DNA from: Candidatus Bathyarchaeota archaeon RBG_16_48_13 | GTDB lineage: Archaea > Thermoproteota > Bathyarchaeia > RBG-16-48-13 | Reading direction: 5' to 3' | DNA length: 64,000 bases | NCBI GenBank assembly: GCA_001775995.1 | Contig: MEZH01000004.1 | Span: 50,313 to 114,312, forward strand | In this document: in pieces, positions 38,197-48,596 of the stretch | Numbering within the stretch: the stretch's first letter is position 1 | Layout of the letters: every line of letters starts with the position of its first letter | The notes under the pieces: generated by a model | Seen by the model: only the letters and a program-made list of their open reading frames with translations | Databases searched by the model: none | Told to the model about the DNA's origin: nothing | Translations under genes and position numbers: made by a program

Positions 38197-38790
38197 ATGA
38201 CAAGTAAGAAAAGGACGGACACATCAATGGAAGAGAAAAAGATCATCGGTATCACCGGCATGCCAGGTGCAGGTAAGGGATCTGCAATGGAGACAGCAAA
38301 GAAAGCGGGCTACCCTGTCGTTGTGATGGGGGACCTCATAAGAGAGGAAACTGAAAAGAGAGGCCTAAGTCAGACGCCTGACAATTTGGGCAGAATCATG
38401 CTAAAGATCAGAGAAGAAGGAGGACCGGGCGTTGTGGCAAAGAGATGCCTCCTCAAGATAAGAGATTCGATCGGACAGACGGTAATAGTAGAAGGTATTA
38501 GAGGTCTAGCAGAAGTTAATGAGCTGAAAGAGCACTTTCCAGATATGTTTTTAGTTGCCATTCATGCGTCGCCCAAGAAAAGGGCTCAGCGTTTACGTCG
38601 TCGCGGCAGAAGCGATGATCCGAAAACATGGGAAGAATTCCAGAAAAGGGACTTGAGGGAACTTGTAGTGGGAGTGGGTTCCGCAGTAGCCATATCTGAC
38701 CATATCATTATCAACGAAGGAACACCTAAGCAGCTAGATCGTAATGTGTCGAAAATGTTAAAGAAGGTAGAAAAGCGCTGGAAGATGTAA
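38197..38790 (+). CDS. UPF0200-family P-loop nucleotide kinase
   Basis: IIGITGMPGAGKGS P-loop. Conserved pairing with UPF0201 downstream. Confidence 0.7.
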   Translation: MTSKKRTDTSMEEKKIIGITGMPGAGKGSAMETAKKAGYPVVVMGDLIREETEKRGLSQTPDNLGRIMLKIREEGGPGVVAKRCLLKIRDSIGQTVIVEGIRGLAEVNELKEHFPDMFLVAIHASPKKRAQRLRRRGRSDDPKTWEEFQKRDLRELVVGVGSAVAISDHIIINEGTPKQLDRNVSKMLKKVEKRWKM

Positions 38791-38837
38791 TTGTCAGGAT
38801 AGAAACAGACGTAAATCCCACAGAAGACCTCGAAAAG

Positions 38838-39188
38838 GTGAAGAAAGCTCTCTCAATTATCACGCCTGACCAAAACCTCGAGGAAGTGAAAAAGGGCTAT
38901 AAATCATTCATAGGACTTGAGAAGAAGGGGATTGCAGCATTAGCCCAGCTGTTTAGTAGGCTCCGGGATGAGATGATTCTCGATGCAGCCAGGAAAGCCT
39001 TGTTCTCTTCGACAAAGGAGAATGTCATTAGTTTTCACTTGAATAAGCAAGCTGCCTTTGCAGGACGCATCTCTTTCTGTAAACCGACTGGCGAGTCGCC
39101 CCTAGGTCCCATAAGTGTTCATATAAGATGCACGGATCCAGAGGCATTAATAGAATGGCTAGCGCCAAGCACATCCAGGAAGCAATAA
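38838..39188 (+). CDS. UPF0201-family (COG1931) putative RNA-binding protein
   Basis: Family-typical NPTEDLEKVKKAL lies partly upstream of the called GTG. The frame is open from 38745 and the likely start is the CTG at 38778. Confidence 0.65.
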   Translation: MKKALSIITPDQNLEEVKKGYKSFIGLEKKGIAALAQLFSRLRDEMILDAARKALFSSTKENVISFHLNKQAAFAGRISFCKPTGESPLGPISVHIRCTDPEALIEWLAPSTSRKQ

Positions 39189-39193
39189 AGTTG

Positions 39194-40111
39194 TTACGTC
39201 TTTTTGTAGGATATATTTAAGGTCATGAAATCTTCAGCGACAAAGACGTTAGTAAAGAATTGTTTAGCTTCTTCTAAGAGAATCTTAGGATTAACATAGC
39301 GGGCGCTTAGATGAAAAAGGGCCAAAAAACTGACTTTCGACTGTTCTGCAATTTGGGCTGCTTGGCTGGCCGTTGAGTGACCTTCTTCGGATGCTTTTTC
39401 TTGCAGATCGTCGCCAAAGGTGGAGTCGTGAACAAGAAGATCAGCCCCTTGGGCAAATTTCGCGAGCCTTGCGGAAGGCTTTGTGTCTCCTGAGTAGACG
39501 ATTTTTCGCCCCGGTCTTCTTGGATCTGTCACCTCTTTAGGGGTCACTATTCTGCCTCCTTCGAGGGCTATCGGCTCATTGTATTGAAGTTGAGACCATT
39601 TAGGTCCCTTTGGAATACCCAAAGCCATGGCTTTCTCGGGATGAAACCTGCCTGGCCTTTCTTTTTCAAAAAGTCCATACGCGAGGGCAGGTATTGAATG
39701 CTCCGCCTGTGCACATCTAATAGAATAATCTCGTGTCTCGTAGAGTGATCGACCATCCCTGATTTCTTCTACTATTACAGGAAAGGTCAGACCGAATTGG
39801 ACTGTCTTCTTGAATGCTTCTATGAATTTTTGGAGACCTGGGGGGCCAAAAACCTCCAAGGGTTCTTCCCGCCCCAATAGTGACATTGTTTGAAAGAGAC
39901 CGGGGAGACCAAGGACGTGGTCACCATGCATATGAGTAATGAAGATCTTAGTTTTTCTACCGAACCCGACCCTAGCTATGAACATCTGCCTCTGGGTCCC
40001 TTCGCCACAATCGAAAAGGAAAAGCTCAGATTGACGTAGGATGGCCATGCTTGGCAAATTTCTATTGGCCGTCGGGATGCTCCCCGAGGTTCCTAAGAAG
40101 GTGACCAACAT
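39194..40111 (-). CDS. rnz: Ribonuclease Z
   Basis: LGTSGSIP and HMHGDH metallo-beta-lactamase motifs. 305 aa. Confidence 0.9.
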   Translation of the reverse strand: MLVTFLGTSGSIPTANRNLPSMAILRQSELFLFDCGEGTQRQMFIARVGFGRKTKIFITHMHGDHVLGLPGLFQTMSLLGREEPLEVFGPPGLQKFIEAFKKTVQFGLTFPVIVEEIRDGRSLYETRDYSIRCAQAEHSIPALAYGLFEKERPGRFHPEKAMALGIPKGPKWSQLQYNEPIALEGGRIVTPKEVTDPRRPGRKIVYSGDTKPSARLAKFAQGADLLVHDSTFGDDLQEKASEEGHSTASQAAQIAEQSKVSFLALFHLSARYVNPKILLEEAKQFFTNVFVAEDFMTLNISYKKT

Positions 40112-40150
40112 TGTTCATGACACCGAATACATTTTGTCGAGTTTCTCTAA

Positions 40151-41182
40151 TTATCCTTTGCAGAACACGGCTATCTCTCGTGTTAGACTGCTATGAACGT
40201 AGAGAAGATGGCTCTCAATCAATGCAAAGCCTGATTCTAGGCCTATCTCCTTCAATTTCGATCCTTGGGGATACGCCAAACAAATATGGCGCCCCTTCAT
40301 GAGAAGACGGCTTGCCTCCTGAAAGAAAGCTCTCAGAATCTCACAAGAGGCTAATCCCATAGTTGTCGCTGCTCTACCATAAGGCGGATCGGTGACAATG
40401 ACATCAGCAATCCTGAATGGCGTCTGCCGAGCATCGTGTAATACCAATGCTGGATCCAAGTCAAAATGCCTTAGGTTTTCAGCACAACCCACCACCATTC
40501 GTCGCTTCACATCACCCCCCGCGACTCTGAAGCCCATCAAACCAGCCTCCAATAGAATGCTACCAGTACCACAGAAAGGGTCCAAGACCAGGTCATCATC
40601 TCGGGGTCTGGCCAAGTTGACCATACATCTTGACAATTTGACCGACATTACGGTAGCGTGAAAGAAGGGTCTCTTCCTAGGCCGTCTCTCGAAAAATCCT
40701 TTTTTTGGTAATGGCCCTTTCCGAGCTCCCAGAATGAAGAACTCCTCTGCCAAGACACCTATCAGAAGCACCTGAGGCTTCCTGAGATCGACATTCAGAC
40801 CGGGAATGTTCGAAACGGCTGCTGTGCCAATCTCCTCTTCCAATCGCTCAATTTTCTCTCCAGAAACCCGGCCGAGTCTGATGACTCTTGCCGCGATTCG
40901 GTCGCCCTTTCTAAGAACCGAGTCGAAGCTCAGTCTGCGCAAAGTCCTAGAGATTCTTTCGAGATTAGGTTCCATAAGGGCTATTTCCAGACAGCCGGCT
41001 CGGGTCAACCCACAGCGAGCATCAATCACGGGCAGGGCACTCTCGTCAACCCTTAGACGAACCACTTGGTGCATCTTATCCAATAGCGTGTAGTTGAAGG
41101 ATTCTGCATCCAGTACTGATCTGAGCTCAGCGCAGGGCAATGTCGGATGCTCGCCTGAGAGGACGAAGAAAATGTTGTCCAC
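40151..41182 (-). CDS. trm11: tRNA (guanine10-N2)-methyltransferase (THUMP + MTase, Trm11/TrmG10)
   Basis: DPFCGTGSILLEA SAM motif and TDPPYG catalytic motif. THUMP-like N-terminal half. Confidence 0.8.
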   Translation of the reverse strand: MDNIFFVLSGEHPTLPCAELRSVLDAESFNYTLLDKMHQVVRLRVDESALPVIDARCGLTRAGCLEIALMEPNLERISRTLRRLSFDSVLRKGDRIAARVIRLGRVSGEKIERLEEEIGTAAVSNIPGLNVDLRKPQVLLIGVLAEEFFILGARKGPLPKKGFFERRPRKRPFFHATVMSVKLSRCMVNLARPRDDDLVLDPFCGTGSILLEAGLMGFRVAGGDVKRRMVVGCAENLRHFDLDPALVLHDARQTPFRIADVIVTDPPYGRAATTMGLASCEILRAFFQEASRLLMKGRHICLAYPQGSKLKEIGLESGFALIESHLLYVHSSLTREIAVFCKG

Positions 41183-41191
41183 TCGCGAACC

Positions 41192-42064
41192 TCATCTAAG
41201 AATGGAAGCTATGGCGGGGGCGACTGACACAATGCTGGTTTCATTCTCCACAGTGTCAGTGCTGATAATGCTCGTGACCCCACTTTGCTTTATTCTTTCT
41301 TTGGCGTCTCCCATGAGGAGGGCGTGCGTGCACGCTACATAGATGGACTTGGCCATCCGTTTCGAAGCCATCTCCGCAGCCTTGACTATGGTCACTCCAG
41401 TAGAGACTATGTCATCAACGACCACAACTTCCCTTCCAGCTAGATCTATGGTTCTTTCATCAATATCCACCTGACCTGTAACGCGGTCTCTATGTTTGTC
41501 GAGGACAATGCAATCTGTTACCCCTAATGTCTCAGCTACTAGTTCGGCATGATGCTTGGCACCTTTGTCTGGAGCCAATATCAAGGGTCTTTTCATAGGG
41601 AGCATTCTCAGATACTCTGCTAGAGCCGGCATGGCTGAAACATTCTTAATGGGGATTTTGAAAGGGGCCAGAGATTCCTGAGAGTGAACATCAACTGTCA
41701 CAACCTCCTCGATCCCGACGGCCTGGACCAATCTTGCTACTGCCTCAACGCTCACGACATCGCCAACTCTGAAGGCCTTGTCTTGTCTCATATAAGCCAA
41801 GTAGGGGATAACAGCTGAAACATTATCCGCGCCCATTTTTCTCGCTCCTTCAGCCATTAGGAATAATTGAATTAGATTTCTGTCAGTTGGAGGGGGACAA
41901 GATTGAACGAGAACAACGCTTTCGCCCTCGATCGGTCGGGGGTACCTAATGTAGGATTCTCCGTCTGGAAAGATTCGCCACTCCAACGGATATGGTTCAA
42001 CACCCAATTCAACTGCAATTGATCTTCCCAGTCTTTGAGAAGCTGGTCCAGGGACGACTATCAT
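41192..42064 (-). CDS. prs: Ribose-phosphate pyrophosphokinase
   Basis: VVVDDIVSTGVT PRPP loop. 290 aa. Confidence 0.9.
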   Translation of the reverse strand: MIVVPGPASQRLGRSIAVELGVEPYPLEWRIFPDGESYIRYPRPIEGESVVLVQSCPPPTDRNLIQLFLMAEGARKMGADNVSAVIPYLAYMRQDKAFRVGDVVSVEAVARLVQAVGIEEVVTVDVHSQESLAPFKIPIKNVSAMPALAEYLRMLPMKRPLILAPDKGAKHHAELVAETLGVTDCIVLDKHRDRVTGQVDIDERTIDLAGREVVVVDDIVSTGVTIVKAAEMASKRMAKSIYVACTHALLMGDAKERIKQSGVTSIISTDTVENETSIVSVAPAIASILR

Positions 42065-42200
42065 TTAAGTATACAACTCTCGAGAATATCAAGAGGATAA
42101 GACACTATATATGATTTAGTTGGTGTCTGAAAGAAGTTAATTAGGAGGAAAATGCACCTCAACTATTCGTTTAGGATTTCTTTTTGAGTGGGTACTTGTC

Positions 42201-43253
42201 ATGCCAAGGAAAGAGGCCTTAATGTACGAGGTGTTGGCCAAGGATATAATTCACTGCAAACTATGTCCAAAGAGTTGTTACATCGCACCCAATAAAAGAG
42301 GTTTCTGCAAGGTCAGAGAGAATGATAGAGGAAGACTATTCACATTAGCATACGGTGAAACGACTGCTCAAGCCATAGATCCGATTGAGAAGAAACCACT
42401 CTTCAACTTCTGGCCAGGTAGTCTATCATTCTCAATAAGCACCATTTCATGCACCTTCTCCTGCGTCTGGTGTCAGAACTGGAATATTTCACAGGTTGCT
42501 CCGGGAGAGATTCGAACAGAAGAGATAAGTCCGGAAGATGCTGTGAAACTGGCGAAGAAATACGGATGTCGATCAATCTCATACACATACAACGAACCAT
42601 TCGTCTGGTATGAATTCATCATGGACACAGCGAAGATCGCTCAGAAAGAGAACATATTAAATGTGATGGTAACAAATGGATACGTAACTCTAGAGGCACT
42701 AGACCAGATTGCTCCATTCATAGACGCGGCTAACGTTGATATCAAAGGATTCACAGAAGGATTCTATCGCAAGTATTGCGCTGCTGAGCTCAAACCCGTT
42801 TTGAATGCGACAACGGCGATGAAAGACAAAGGGATCCACGTTGAGGTCACAAATCTCATAATCCCGGATCTGAACGATAACTCGGAAGAAATCAGGGAAA
42901 TGTGCAAGTGGCATGTTGAAAATCTCGGAGAAGAGACACCGCTCCACCTTAGCAGATTTTATCCCCATTACAGACTTGCTTCCACTCCTGAGACCCCGGT
43001 GAGTACTCTGGAAAAGGCTCAAAAGATAGCTTTGGAAATGGGATTGCATTATGTGTACGTCGGAAATGTGCCTGGACATGGCGGAGAAAACACGTATTGC
43101 CCGAAATGCAAGGCTCTTCTCATCGAAAGGAACGGCTTTGACATTACAGAGTGGCGGCTTGCGCCAGGGAAGAGCTGCCCAGAATGCGGTTTCAAGCCAA
43201 ACATCATAGGGGAATACGAGGCACGATCACGAGTACCGCATTCGACGATTTAG
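42201..43253 (+). CDS. amrS: AmmeMemoRadiSam-system radical SAM enzyme (AmrS)
   Basis: CKLCPKSC...GFCKVR N-terminal cluster, DPIEKKPLFNFWPGS, and CTFSCVWCQNW radical-SAM motif. Confidence 0.85.
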   Translation: MPRKEALMYEVLAKDIIHCKLCPKSCYIAPNKRGFCKVRENDRGRLFTLAYGETTAQAIDPIEKKPLFNFWPGSLSFSISTISCTFSCVWCQNWNISQVAPGEIRTEEISPEDAVKLAKKYGCRSISYTYNEPFVWYEFIMDTAKIAQKENILNVMVTNGYVTLEALDQIAPFIDAANVDIKGFTEGFYRKYCAAELKPVLNATTAMKDKGIHVEVTNLIIPDLNDNSEEIREMCKWHVENLGEETPLHLSRFYPHYRLASTPETPVSTLEKAQKIALEMGLHYVYVGNVPGHGGENTYCPKCKALLIERNGFDITEWRLAPGKSCPECGFKPNIIGEYEARSRVPHSTI

Positions 43254-43257
43254 GGAT

Positions 43258-43683
43258 GTGAAAATTTTGAGCAGAGAAGTCCAAACTAGGTTCAGCATAA
43301 CCATATCTCCACCCATCTTGGAGGAGTTCGACCGAGTTGTCCATGATGTAGGATACAGGAGCAGGTCAAAGGCTGTGCGTGACGCCCTTCTCAATTTCAT
43401 TGCCCACCAGAAGATGCTCAGAGGAAAAGGAACCAGGGCAGGAAGCATAACGATAGTGTATGATTACAGGGACCCAACAAACGAATTGACTTCTCTCAAA
43501 CATAGATATGCTGGCATAATTGAAGCGACCCTTGATGTGAATCTTGGAGAACACCATAATCTGGCGATTATGGCTGTAAATGGTGATCTTGGCGATATAA
43601 GTAAGCTCACCAAGGCACTTCAGACTCAAAAAAACATAAAACACACCGAAACCGTGATACTGACATCATCCAAAATCGACTAG
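43258..43683 (+). CDS. NikR-fold (RHH + ACT-like) transcriptional regulator lacking canonical Ni ligands
   Basis: RFSITISPPILEEFD...YRSRSKAVRDAL ribbon-helix-helix. The C-terminal domain aligns to NikR but reads ATLDVNLGEHHNLAIMAV. Confidence 0.7.
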   Translation: MKILSREVQTRFSITISPPILEEFDRVVHDVGYRSRSKAVRDALLNFIAHQKMLRGKGTRAGSITIVYDYRDPTNELTSLKHRYAGIIEATLDVNLGEHHNLAIMAVNGDLGDISKLTKALQTQKNIKHTETVILTSSKID

Positions 43684-43974
43684 TACCAACCTTTGAGAAG
43701 TGCCGCCATGTTGGAGTCCAAAGTAGAAAGTGGTTTCTGAAGGCATCTCAGCTGGAAGATTGGCAGATACATTGAAAGAAGTTTCAAGTGACGATGGTCA
43801 TAGAAACATGACCAATGTGACTTTGAACTAGCCTTCCAGAACATTTCGCCTTTACTATCATTCCCCTTTCCGAAAGCGGAAGTGTAATCTCCGATTCGTA
43901 GATAAAAAACTTTTTAAGGCGACAGACTCAATTCGCTTAACCCTTCGAGCGCGAGATGGAGGACCCAAAGATTA

Positions 43975-44178
43975 ATGGTTTCATGCACTGATTGCCACGC
44001 GGAGATGTCATACGATCCCAAATTCAAGAAGTTTGTATGCAAGCATTGCGGACTTACGCTGACTTATCAAGAGTACATGGAGCTCAGAGACAAGAATCGC
44101 TCCGATGATGAGTCAGACGCAGATAAGAAGAAGAGAAAACACGACGAATACCTGAAATGGTGGCTATCCAAGAAATAA
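43975..44178 (+). CDS. Small Zn-ribbon protein with basic/acidic tail
   Basis: CTDCH...CKHCG four-Cys ribbon. 67 aa. Confidence 0.5.
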   Translation: MVSCTDCHAEMSYDPKFKKFVCKHCGLTLTYQEYMELRDKNRSDDESDADKKKRKHDEYLKWWLSKK

Positions 44179-44196
44179 TGAAGGGAGCGCCACTAT

Positions 44197-45009
44197 TTGG
44201 TCTGTCAGGTGGAGTTAATATGCATAGGTAACGAACTTCTCATAGGCAAGACCCTAAATACCAATGCGCATTGGCTTTCCAAGAGGATCACGAGCCTAGG
44301 CTGCATAGTTAGGAGAACAACGGTCGTCAGGGACGAAATCAGCGAGATTGTCGCCTCAACCAGAGAAGCCATTGCACGAAAACCGGATTTTATAATAATC
44401 ACGGGAGGGCTTGGACCAACCTTCGACGATATGACCTTGGAAGGAGTGGCCAAAGCTTTGAGTAGAAAGTTGGAGATGAACGATGAAGCCCTTGAAATGT
44501 TGAGGGAAAGGTACGCAGAATTCACCAAGATGGGGCGTATTAAGGATTCAAATCTGACAGAATATAGACTAAAAATGGCTCGCCTTCCCCAAGGTGCGAG
44601 ACCGATTCACAATCCTGTTGGGACTGCACCAGGAGTAACGATCCATGAAAACTCAACGACCATTCTCGTACTTCCAGGAGTGCCACAAGAGATGGAAGCG
44701 ATCTTCGAGGCAAGTATCATTCATCTATTGCGAGACAAGTCAGATGGACTATTCTATGTGGAAAGGAGCCTTCAGGTCCTTGGGGTTGTTGAGTCATCGC
44801 TAGCTGCTCTGATAGATCGAGTGATGTTGGAATATCCCGCAATCTACATAAAATCTCATCCAATTGGATCCGAACCAGAGGTTCACATTGAACTTCACCT
44901 CACAACCAGCTCCAGAAATAAAGAAGGGGCGGAGGAGGAGATCAGCAAGGCAATGGAGAAAATCCAGGTCTTAATCTCGCAAAAAGGCGGGAGAACAGGG
45001 TTCGTTTAG
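44197..45009 (+). CDS. CinA-N / MoCF-biosynthesis-domain protein (COG1058 family)
   Basis: IGNELLIGKTLNTNAHWL and ITGGLGPTFDDMT motifs. Confidence 0.8.
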   Translation: MVCQVELICIGNELLIGKTLNTNAHWLSKRITSLGCIVRRTTVVRDEISEIVASTREAIARKPDFIIITGGLGPTFDDMTLEGVAKALSRKLEMNDEALEMLRERYAEFTKMGRIKDSNLTEYRLKMARLPQGARPIHNPVGTAPGVTIHENSTTILVLPGVPQEMEAIFEASIIHLLRDKSDGLFYVERSLQVLGVVESSLAALIDRVMLEYPAIYIKSHPIGSEPEVHIELHLTTSSRNKEGAEEEISKAMEKIQVLISQKGGRTGFV

Positions 45010-45016
45010 AAAGAGA

Positions 45017-45790
45017 ATGATACAATTGTTCGCGATATTCGTTGTTGGAACGGCGGGTTCTGGGAAATCGCTGTTTACGGGGTCATTCCTAGAATGGCTC
45101 AAAGCAAAAGATCAAAATGCTATAACGGTTAATCTCGATCCAGGGGCCTCGTATACTCCGTACAATCCCGATGTAGACGTTAGAACCAACATAGACGTCT
45201 TGGAGATCATGAATGAATATAGGCTGGGCCCTAACGGAGCTTTGGTGATGGCTGCCGACCAAGTTGCTTCGGAGCTGGACAGTATTCAGGAACAGATTGA
45301 TGAGTTGAACCCTGACTATACGATAATTGATACCTCTGGACAGATGGAGCTTTTCGCCTTCAGGGCTAGCGGCCCATATATAGCCAAAGAAATCGTTGCT
45401 GATAATAAGATCGTACTATACATGTTTGACAGCATCTTCTCCAACAACCCCTTCAACTACGTTTCAAACATGTTTTTGGCTGCCGCAGTCAATAATCGCT
45501 TCAATCTGCCTCAGGTTCACGTCTTGTCCAAGACAGATATACTTCCTCCAAGCAAGGTGAAAGAGATTCTGGATTGGTCGTCGAGGTCAGGTAAGCTGGA
45601 AATGGCATTGGAAAGCAGTGGTGAAGCAACCAGGATGCTGCTAAATAGAGATGTTCTTAGAGCATTGGGGAGACTCAATCTAACCTTCTCTTTATTGCCT
45701 ATTTCCTCCACGAATAATGGTGGATTTACGAATTTGTTTGCTGTGCTTCAGAGAATCTTCATGGGCGGAGAAGAAATAATCAAGGGATAA
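45017..45790 (+). CDS. GPN-loop GTPase
   Basis: GTAGSGKS P-loop, RLGPNGAL GPN motif, and IIDTSGQMELF. Confidence 0.85.
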   Translation: MIQLFAIFVVGTAGSGKSLFTGSFLEWLKAKDQNAITVNLDPGASYTPYNPDVDVRTNIDVLEIMNEYRLGPNGALVMAADQVASELDSIQEQIDELNPDYTIIDTSGQMELFAFRASGPYIAKEIVADNKIVLYMFDSIFSNNPFNYVSNMFLAAAVNNRFNLPQVHVLSKTDILPPSKVKEILDWSSRSGKLEMALESSGEATRMLLNRDVLRALGRLNLTFSLLPISSTNNGGFTNLFAVLQRIFMGGEEIIKG

Positions 45791-45849
45791 TACAAGCATA
45801 AAGATTGCATCAGGCCTTATGGCGGGCGCGGCGTTCAGCATAGTTCCGC

Positions 45850-48261
45850 TTAGGATTCGTCTTCTTTCTGAATGTCATCTGAGGTTGGATCTTTTCGTTT
45901 GCCACGAATTACCGCATATGCTACTGCAACTAAGGATATTCCGCTGATTGCGTATGCAACCAATTGCATTAGGCCACCTTGCTTGCTTACTAGTATTAGC
46001 AGCGGAGCAATAAGCAGTGAGATCAGGTTGACTACTTTAATCATCGGATTCAAAGCCGGACCTGCCGTGTCTTTAAGCGGGTCACCAACGGTGTCACCAA
46101 TAATGCTTGCTTTATGGCGAAGCGAGCCTTTGCCAAGATTCTCATCCGGTGCACTTCTTTCGCTTTCAATCTCTTTCTTAGCATTGTCCCAGGCGCCGCC
46201 CGCGTTTGCCATGAAGACAGCTAATAATTGACCAGTTATTATCACACCCGCTAAGAATCCGCCTAGAGCAAGTTCGCCTATTAGAAAACCTATGATTATC
46301 GGCATCAAAACAGCCAACAACGCCACGCTAATCAGTTCGCTCTGGGCAGCATTCGTGCATATGCGCACGACCTTTGCATAGTCTGGTTTTGTTGTGCCTT
46401 CCATCACACCTGGAATTCTGAATTGTTTGCGCACTTCCTCTACGATTAGTGAAGCTGCTCTTTGAACGGCGCGCAATAGAATTGAACTGAACAAGAACGG
46501 CATGGCTCCGCCAATCAGCATCCCGATGAAGACGAGGGGCTGTGCGATGTCCAGTACTATGTTCAGGCCGAGTGCTTCAACAAATGAGCCAAACAAGCTG
46601 ACGGCGGCAATGACGGCAGAGGCAATAGCAATGCCTTTCGTAATTGCCTTGGTCGTATTGCCCGTCGCATCCAAATCGGCAAGAGTAGCTTGGCCTTCCG
46701 TGCTCTGGAAGTCTTCCTTGCACATCTCTGCGATACCGCCCGCGTTGTCCGAGATCGGTCCGAATGCATCCATAGCCAAGTTGTTGCCAGTATGCGAAAG
46801 CATTCCTATTCCGGTAAGAGCTACAGAGTAGAATATGAACAGCACTTGGTTTGTTGGCGGGATTTTAAAACTACTGATGATCAATCCGAGCACTATAACG
46901 GCCATTGCTCCGAAAACACCAATTTCTATCTTCTTGCTTCGCCTAGCCAAGAGAATTCCCACTATGACGGCTGCTATAACTGCTCCCGCTATTATCATGG
47001 GTGCTAGTGCCACTGGGGTCGTGAAAGAGTATATGGAAACTGCTCCCAGAATTGATAATGCGATTATCAGAATAGCCCATACACTGCTTTCGTAGCCTAT
47101 GGTAATTCCAGATAATATTACGATGGCTGCGCCAAATTTAGTGGACCTAACTATGTCTTTAACTGAACCTGTATCTCGTTGAGTGAATGCCCCAGTGTAT
47201 TTGTTAAATGCTATTGCCAGCAAGATTCCTGTTGCTGTTGCTGCAAAAAGGCGTAAATCTTGGACATAGAAGTAGGCGATGAAGAAAAAGGCAGTTGTGG
47301 AAATAACCGAAGACAGGTCGTAGGAAAGATCCATCGCCCGAAAAGCATCACCTTTCGTCGGCCACCAATTAACCGCGTAGGTCCCAATGATGGAGCTAAA
47401 TACACCTATAGCGCGCACCAGCAGGGGGAATATGATATACTTGAGACTGTGGGTTGGGTCGATCGCTGATACAGCTAACCCCAAGATCAACGCAGAAACC
47501 ATCGTGACTTCATAAGACTCAAAAACATCCTCAGCCATCCCGCTGAAGTCACCCACGTTGTCACCGACTAGGTCGGCAATGGCAGCCGCATTGCGCGGAT
47601 CATCCTCAGGAATGTCATGTTCAACCTTACCAACTAGGTCAGCTCCTACATCAGCCGCCTTAGTGTAAATGCCACCTCCGACTCTCATGAACATGGCTAG
47701 CAAAGTGCCTCCAAAGCCGAAGCCCAATAGCACATCTGGGGCGTGAACACCATACAGAATGAATATGACTGTGCCTCCAAGCAACCCGAGCCCATCTGCT
47801 AACATTCCAGCAATTGTACCAGCTCTATAAGCGACCCGCAATGCTCCTTGAAAAGATCCGGCTCGAGCTTGTTGGGCGACTCTGACGTTGGCTCGCGTCC
47901 CAATTACTCTAAGTCCAATTTGCCCAATCGCCAGCGAGCAGGCTGCTCCAAACAGTAGGGCAATTCCGCGTCCAATGTAGATCTGCCAAGGATACTGCGA
48001 AAAATATGCTGATACCGCTAAGGCTAACGCGAGAAGAAAGGCAATTGGTATAACTACTTCCATCTGACGATTCAGATAGGCAATTGCGCCCTCACGGATA
48101 GAGTTCGAGAGGTCCTGCATCTTCTTGGTGCCTGGGTCTTCTTTCAGCACCCTTCGAGCCAGCCAAAAGGCGTATAAAAGCGCTGCGACACCCGTGCTGA
48201 TCACAAGTAGCAGAGCTATTTGCTCAAACTGGGATAGGCCGCTCGTCAGAATTGAACTCAT
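45850..48261 (-). CDS. hppA: Membrane-bound proton/sodium-translocating pyrophosphatase
   Basis: 803 aa, about 16 TM. GGIYTKAADVGADLVGKVE, DNVGDxxGM, and GDTVGDPLKDT motifs. Confidence 0.95.
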   Translation of the reverse strand: MSSILTSGLSQFEQIALLLVISTGVAALLYAFWLARRVLKEDPGTKKMQDLSNSIREGAIAYLNRQMEVVIPIAFLLALALAVSAYFSQYPWQIYIGRGIALLFGAACSLAIGQIGLRVIGTRANVRVAQQARAGSFQGALRVAYRAGTIAGMLADGLGLLGGTVIFILYGVHAPDVLLGFGFGGTLLAMFMRVGGGIYTKAADVGADLVGKVEHDIPEDDPRNAAAIADLVGDNVGDFSGMAEDVFESYEVTMVSALILGLAVSAIDPTHSLKYIIFPLLVRAIGVFSSIIGTYAVNWWPTKGDAFRAMDLSYDLSSVISTTAFFFIAYFYVQDLRLFAATATGILLAIAFNKYTGAFTQRDTGSVKDIVRSTKFGAAIVILSGITIGYESSVWAILIIALSILGAVSIYSFTTPVALAPMIIAGAVIAAVIVGILLARRSKKIEIGVFGAMAVIVLGLIISSFKIPPTNQVLFIFYSVALTGIGMLSHTGNNLAMDAFGPISDNAGGIAEMCKEDFQSTEGQATLADLDATGNTTKAITKGIAIASAVIAAVSLFGSFVEALGLNIVLDIAQPLVFIGMLIGGAMPFLFSSILLRAVQRAASLIVEEVRKQFRIPGVMEGTTKPDYAKVVRICTNAAQSELISVALLAVLMPIIIGFLIGELALGGFLAGVIITGQLLAVFMANAGGAWDNAKKEIESERSAPDENLGKGSLRHKASIIGDTVGDPLKDTAGPALNPMIKVVNLISLLIAPLLILVSKQGGLMQLVAYAISGISLVAVAYAVIRGKRKDPTSDDIQKEDES

Positions 48262-48596
48262 ACGATAGAACCTCCTAGTGCGCGCGCGGCGGTTTCCACG
48301 ATGGCATGACCCTCAATCATTACAGTTAAGAGTCTTAAAATTTCAAGGGCGCATATAAAACCTTTTCCCATCATGATCTAATCAAGAAAGAAACTATAGC
48401 GTTCAGGAAATTGAAAATTCATGGACAAGAAACGCTCAATTGTGCCCTCGTAGAGGGAGTATGAACATGGGAAAAGTTAGGGCCAAATATCGACAATCTT
48501 GTTATTCGATACAGCATAAGGAAGAGATGCTTTTTAATAACAAAAGAAAGGGTTACGAGAATTCAAAGCCGTTCAAGGATTCATGATTGTGAAAGA

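Noticed and set aside
45872-47469. Several + and - strand ORFs within the hppA locus
   Set aside because: They overlap the 803-aa H+-PPase, which has unambiguous motifs. The alternative frames have biased composition.
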